Positions 1 through 64,000 of a stretch of DNA of 64,000 nucleotides are shown here, in pieces. The notes under the pieces are model-generated. The model ran no database searches, had not been told where the DNA came from, and saw nothing but the letters and a program-made list of their open reading frames with translations. The translations under genes were made by a program, and so were the position numbers. Every line of letters starts with the position of its first letter. Position 1 is the first letter of the stretch. The stretch lies in NCBI RefSeq assembly GCF_009914755.1, contig NC_060938.1; one strand, written 5' to 3'. This DNA comes from the human T2T-CHM13v2.0 reference genome, Homo sapiens.

Positions 1-3125
<3,125 letters not shown>

Positions 3126-3129
3126 TGGA

Positions 3130-3930
3130 CTCTCCTTTTCAATCTTCCCTCTTGGTTCCTCCTGTCTCCTTGCATTCTGAACACTGAAAGGTTCTAGGTG
3201 TCAGTCTTTGGTCCTCTCTCTACCTACAATACCCTTGGTTGGATCTCATTCAATCCCATGGATTTAAATATCTTCTCTCCATTTGGATGTCTAAGAGAAA
3301 TCTAAAAATGTCTAAAGCCGAATTCATAATCTTAACCCCAAAACCTAGTCCTACATTTTACTTTATTTCAACTCAGCGAATGGCAATTCCATCTTTCCAG
3401 TTGCTCAGAGCAAATCCCTGCTTTCTTTCTTTTACATTCCAAGTTCCTCTCTTCATTAAGGTTTCTGCTGAAGTCAGATGCCCAAAGAAATCTCTTACCA
3501 CATTTCTGAGACAAAACTTTCCCACCTCCCAGCATCACTGCCTATCCTCTTAGCTTGCCTATTTTTAAAATATAGCATGTCATAATCTCTAAAATTAGCC
3601 TATGTATTTCTTTAACTTGATCGTTGTCTCCTCCACCAGAATATGAGCTGAGAGCAGAAACTTTGCTGGTTCACTAGGGTATCTCTAGCATCTATAGCAG
3701 TGCTGTTGGCATAGTGGCCACTCAATAATTATTTGCTCCATGAATGAACGATTTATGCAACTCATACATAGATAACTGTCAAAAACCAGGCTGTTGAGAT
3801 GGCAAAGGCAGTAGATTTAGAGAAGAAACATCAGGTTTGGGGCCTATACCAGCCACAGCTATGCAGCTTTGGGTATTATCCTTCAAAGTCTATCCCTCTG
3901 TAAAATGGGATTTCTGCCATCTTCCTCAAC
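3130..3930. mobile_element. Degenerate L2 fragments followed by a MIR fragment
   Basis: L2-like 'tcccatggatttaaata...ctcaataattatttg' and MIR-like 'ctctgtaaaatggg'. Confidence 0.6.
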
Positions 3931-4159
3931 AAATAAGAAAGCTGGAATAGTCAATACCTATTTGATAGTATAAGACAAAAGATTCACTATCTGCAATTTA
4001 CCAGAAACATTTCCTTCAATTTTCTTCTTAATTTCACTTGTTTAGGTACAACACAATATGAGACAATGTGTTTTAGGGTTATTATTATAATGACATTATA
4101 TTACTAAGTCTGTGCCTTTAACATATCACTTGTGCAAACTTTAAGAATAGTAACTTTAA

Positions 4160-4897
<738 letters not shown>

Positions 4898-5687
4898 GTT
4901 TTAGATGAGCTCTGCCAGTAGTAAACGGCTTGTAAAAGAAACCCGGTATCTGGTCAAGTCCTAAGTGACCTGAACCACGCATCTTCAGGACTCTACTGGG
5001 ATGACTGTAACCTGAACGCGGTTCCTAGAGCAGAGCAAGCATATTCCTTGGACTCAGTAACACAAGGGGCCAGTCCTCTCCAGCATCCCAGCTGCCACCG
5101 CCCTGTCAGGCTCCCCAGGCAATTGTCCATCTTACTCCTTCTCCAGCGTGGACGCTTAAGGGGAGGGAGCATCCCTCCTCGAGGGTCAACTGGCATGTAG
5201 CTTACGAAGACCGCGTGAGTTCTCCAACCCCAGACTTGCTGCGGGGCGGGGACGTGGGGGTGACAAAATCCAGACTACGACCCTCCATGAGCCCTGGCAA
5301 CCCCGGGGTGACCCCAACACCGATGAGGCCACGCGCGCTCCAGCTCTGACACTCCTTCCAGATCGGCGGGGCCTGAAACAGCGGGCTAAGCTTCACCTAC
5401 GGCTGAGCGTCAGATTCAGCTGAGGAGATTCTAAAAGCGCTATGCTGGGCCCAGACCCAGGCCCTCCAGAGCAGAACGCGGAGGGGCCCGACCCCAGTCT
5501 GGTGGCGTAGGTGTGTGACAAAGTATGAGGGCGCGCCAAGCTCTCCAGTTCCACATCTGCTGTCGAGTCCAGCGCCTGCCACGCTCCCGTGCGGGGACCC
5601 GCCCAAAACTCCCTGGAAGCCAGGCGATTCAGACCCCGCCACCGCGTCCCCAGAGACTGGGCGGAAACCGGAGACTCGCCTCCCGAA

Positions 5688-5815
5688 CCCGCGAAACTAT
5701 CTCCCGCGAGACTGCCCCGCCCCAACCCCGCCCCGCAACTCTACTCCCTGATTGGCTGGAATTACGGCCGGATTCCGGAGTCCTTTCCAGCTCCCTCTTC
5801 GGCCGGGTTTCCCGC
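5688..5815. promoter_or_regulatory. E2F-like sites (CCCGCGAAA 5688-5696; TTTCCCGC 5808-5815), BANP/CGCG-like TCCCGCGAGA (5702-5711), twin GC boxes (5715-5734), inverted CCAAT (ATTGG 5751-5755)
   Basis: direct motif matches; binding not shown. Confidence 0.6.
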
Positions 5816-5855
5816 CGAATACAAAGGCGCACTGTGAACTGGCTCTTTCTTTCCG

Positions 5856-5860
5856 CCAAT
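5856..5860 (+). promoter_or_regulatory. CCAAT box (NF-Y type, GCCAATCA)
   Basis: gccaatca motif inside the CpG island. Confidence 0.55.
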
Positions 5861-5973
5861 CATTTCCGCCAGCCATTCATCACCGATTTTCTTCATCTTC
5901 CCCTCCCTCTTCCGTCCCGCAGTCCCCGACCTGTTAGCTCTCGGTTAGTTAAGGGACTCGGGTCCTTCCGAAC

Positions 5974-6027
5974 TGCGCATGCGCCACCGCGTCTGCAGGG
6001 GGAGAAGCGGGCAGGGGCGCAGGCGCA
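5974..6027. promoter_or_regulatory. Two NRF1 sites: TGCGCATGCGC (5974-5984) and GCGCAGGCGCA (6017-6027)
   Basis: near-perfect match to the YGCGCAYGCGCR consensus. Confidence 0.75.
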
Positions 6028-6056
6028 GTAGTGTGATCCCCTGGCCAGTCCCTAAG

Positions 6057-6062
6057 CACGTG
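6057..6062. promoter_or_regulatory. Canonical E-box CACGTG (MYC/MAX or USF type)
   Basis: gCACGTGg, 90 nt upstream of the ATG. Confidence 0.6.
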
Positions 6063-6146
6063 GGTTGGGTTGTCCTGCTTGGCTGCGGAGGGAGTGGAAC
6101 CTCGATATTGGTGGTGTCCATCGTGGGCAGCGGACTAATAAAGGCC

Positions 6147-62483
<56,337 letters not shown>

Positions 62484-62713
62484 GTAACCTGAGTTATTTC
62501 TCATCACGTGTCCTAGAAAGCACCACACCTTGAATCAGCATTTCTCCACCTGGCCCATGTGGAAATGAATGGGTTATTGCTGTGACCCAGGGCGCAGGGT
62601 GCCAAAAGGCCTGCAGTGTGCTGAGGAGTTATATTAAATGAGTAGATAGGGAAGATGCACCTCACAAAATAGAATTGTCCCACATAGGGTGTCAATAAGC
62701 CACTGCCCTAGAC

Positions 62714-62923
62714 CAGTGGTTGATTCTCAACAGCTGATTTTGACCCCGGGGACATTTGGCAATGTCTAGAGACTTTTTTTATTATTACAACTGGAGGTGG
62801 GGAGTGCTACTGGAATCTAGTGGGTAGAAACTGGGGATGCTGGCTAAACATCCTTTAATGCACAGGACAGCCCCTACAACATTATCCAGCTCAAATGTCG
62901 GAGTGTGAGGCTGAGAAACCCTG
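62714..62923 (+). mobile_element. MER20 (preceded by a possible MER20B-like relic about 62515-62710)
   Basis: CAGTGGTT...AAACCCTG with 8-bp TSD ccctagac/tcctagac. Confidence 0.85.
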
Positions 62924-64000
62924 TCCTAGACTAATAGCAGTTCCCTTCCATTGTCTTCCCTGCATTGGCTGGGTAAGTTCCAAATGCCATTCAGATCAGA
63001 AGCAAGTAGAGACCTTTTTTGAAATGGCTTCTCCTCTGCCGATTTAAATCCATATTAACGGGCCAAGATATATGGTCAGGATTCTGGTTGTTTTTCTAGA
63101 CAAAGCTTCCTGGATATTTATAGCATCAAACAGGAGGCTAGAGAACAACTGTGAGCTCAAATCTTTTCATATTTATGTCATTTACCATCAAAGAAACATC
63201 TCTAAAGCCAGTTTGGGGTGGTTACAGGAAAGACAGGCCATCAGATAAGGTGGCAAGGTCACCTGCTGTCACTGCTAATTCAATTTTTCTGCCTTTTTGG
63301 AAGGCTTTTAAATTATCAAGCAATACAGGGTCACTGTTCAGGCCCCAAATGAAGTATTTCAAAACTGGCTAGAAAAAATTGCTGGTACCTTCAGTCTGCC
63401 TGTCTTCTGAGTTATGGTTTGCCTTTTATGGTCATTTGTCTGATTCACGCGTAGGAGGGGAATTCACAGTTCTGGCCCTCCTGCCACCCCACAGCCTTTC
63501 CTGTGTCTAATTACAGTGACTGCCCCTAGCTGGCCCAGCTGGTGTCTTCATTTAAGAAATTCTACTTATTTAAAACTGTTCTTGATCAGCGTTACATATT
63601 AATTGGTTTTCATGTGACTAGAGGTAAAGAATTAGCAGTGTTCTTTAGAAGCTCAAATAAATCATAATCTCAGTTTTCAATTATTAAAGGAAAAAAGCAT
63701 AAATCACATTTATAATGAACCTAGTTGTTTTCCACCTTTTATCCTACCTATTTCTGCTTTTTTGGGATCAACAAACATTAGTGCTGGGTTTTGCTCGATG
63801 ATTCAGTATATGTATTTTTATAGAAGACTCTTTTATTTTTAAAATATTTAATGTATTGTTAAGCCTACAATAGTAATATACCCTTTGTAAAAAATAATAA
63901 TTAAACATTATAAGAATGTAATATATGTGAGTTGAGTCCCCTTAACAGTTCGGTGCATATTTCTCGACATTTAAAAATTTTTCATGAATTATATACATGT

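Noticed and set aside
3950-4050. Possible minus-strand exon remnant of a neighbouring head-to-head pseudogene (TEX21P, from memory of the locus)
   Set aside because: Weak acceptor, and I cannot match the translation to any protein.

Overview
Human (primate) genomic DNA carrying the promoter and coding exons 1-22 of MTHFD1 (cytoplasmic trifunctional C1-THF synthase) on the + strand; the last exons lie beyond the window end. All 22 exons could be placed with GT-AG boundaries and consistent phase (c.1-2178, codons 1-726). They give the FolD-like dehydrogenase/cyclohydrolase domain and most of the formyl-THF synthetase domain. A CpG-island promoter carries NRF1, E2F, CCAAT, GC-box and E-box motifs. 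The introns are very Alu-rich (about 70 copies/fragments by eye, approximate) and also hold ERV1 solo LTRs, hAT/Tigger DNA-transposon relics, L1/L2/MIR fragments and (AT)n arrays. Nearly all ORFs in the supplied track are Alu-derived noise. The most interesting unexplained signals are: (i) a stop codon plus poly(A) signal built into the intron-10 donor, which would release a stand-alone 318-aa D/C-domain isoform; (ii) a 56-codon in-frame, Arg-rich, acid-free N-terminal extension, with an upstream donor/acceptor pair that could deliver it; (iii) minus-strand splice signals in intron 8 arranged as a 4-nt microexon plus a recursive-splicing-type exon, suggesting a spliced antisense RNA; (iv) a three-part templated insertion (Pol-theta-like scar) inside an Alu; (v) TE-derived candidate poison and in-frame cassette exons. 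All of these are sequence-only hypotheses. Repeat subfamily names and repeat boundaries are from recognition and are approximate.
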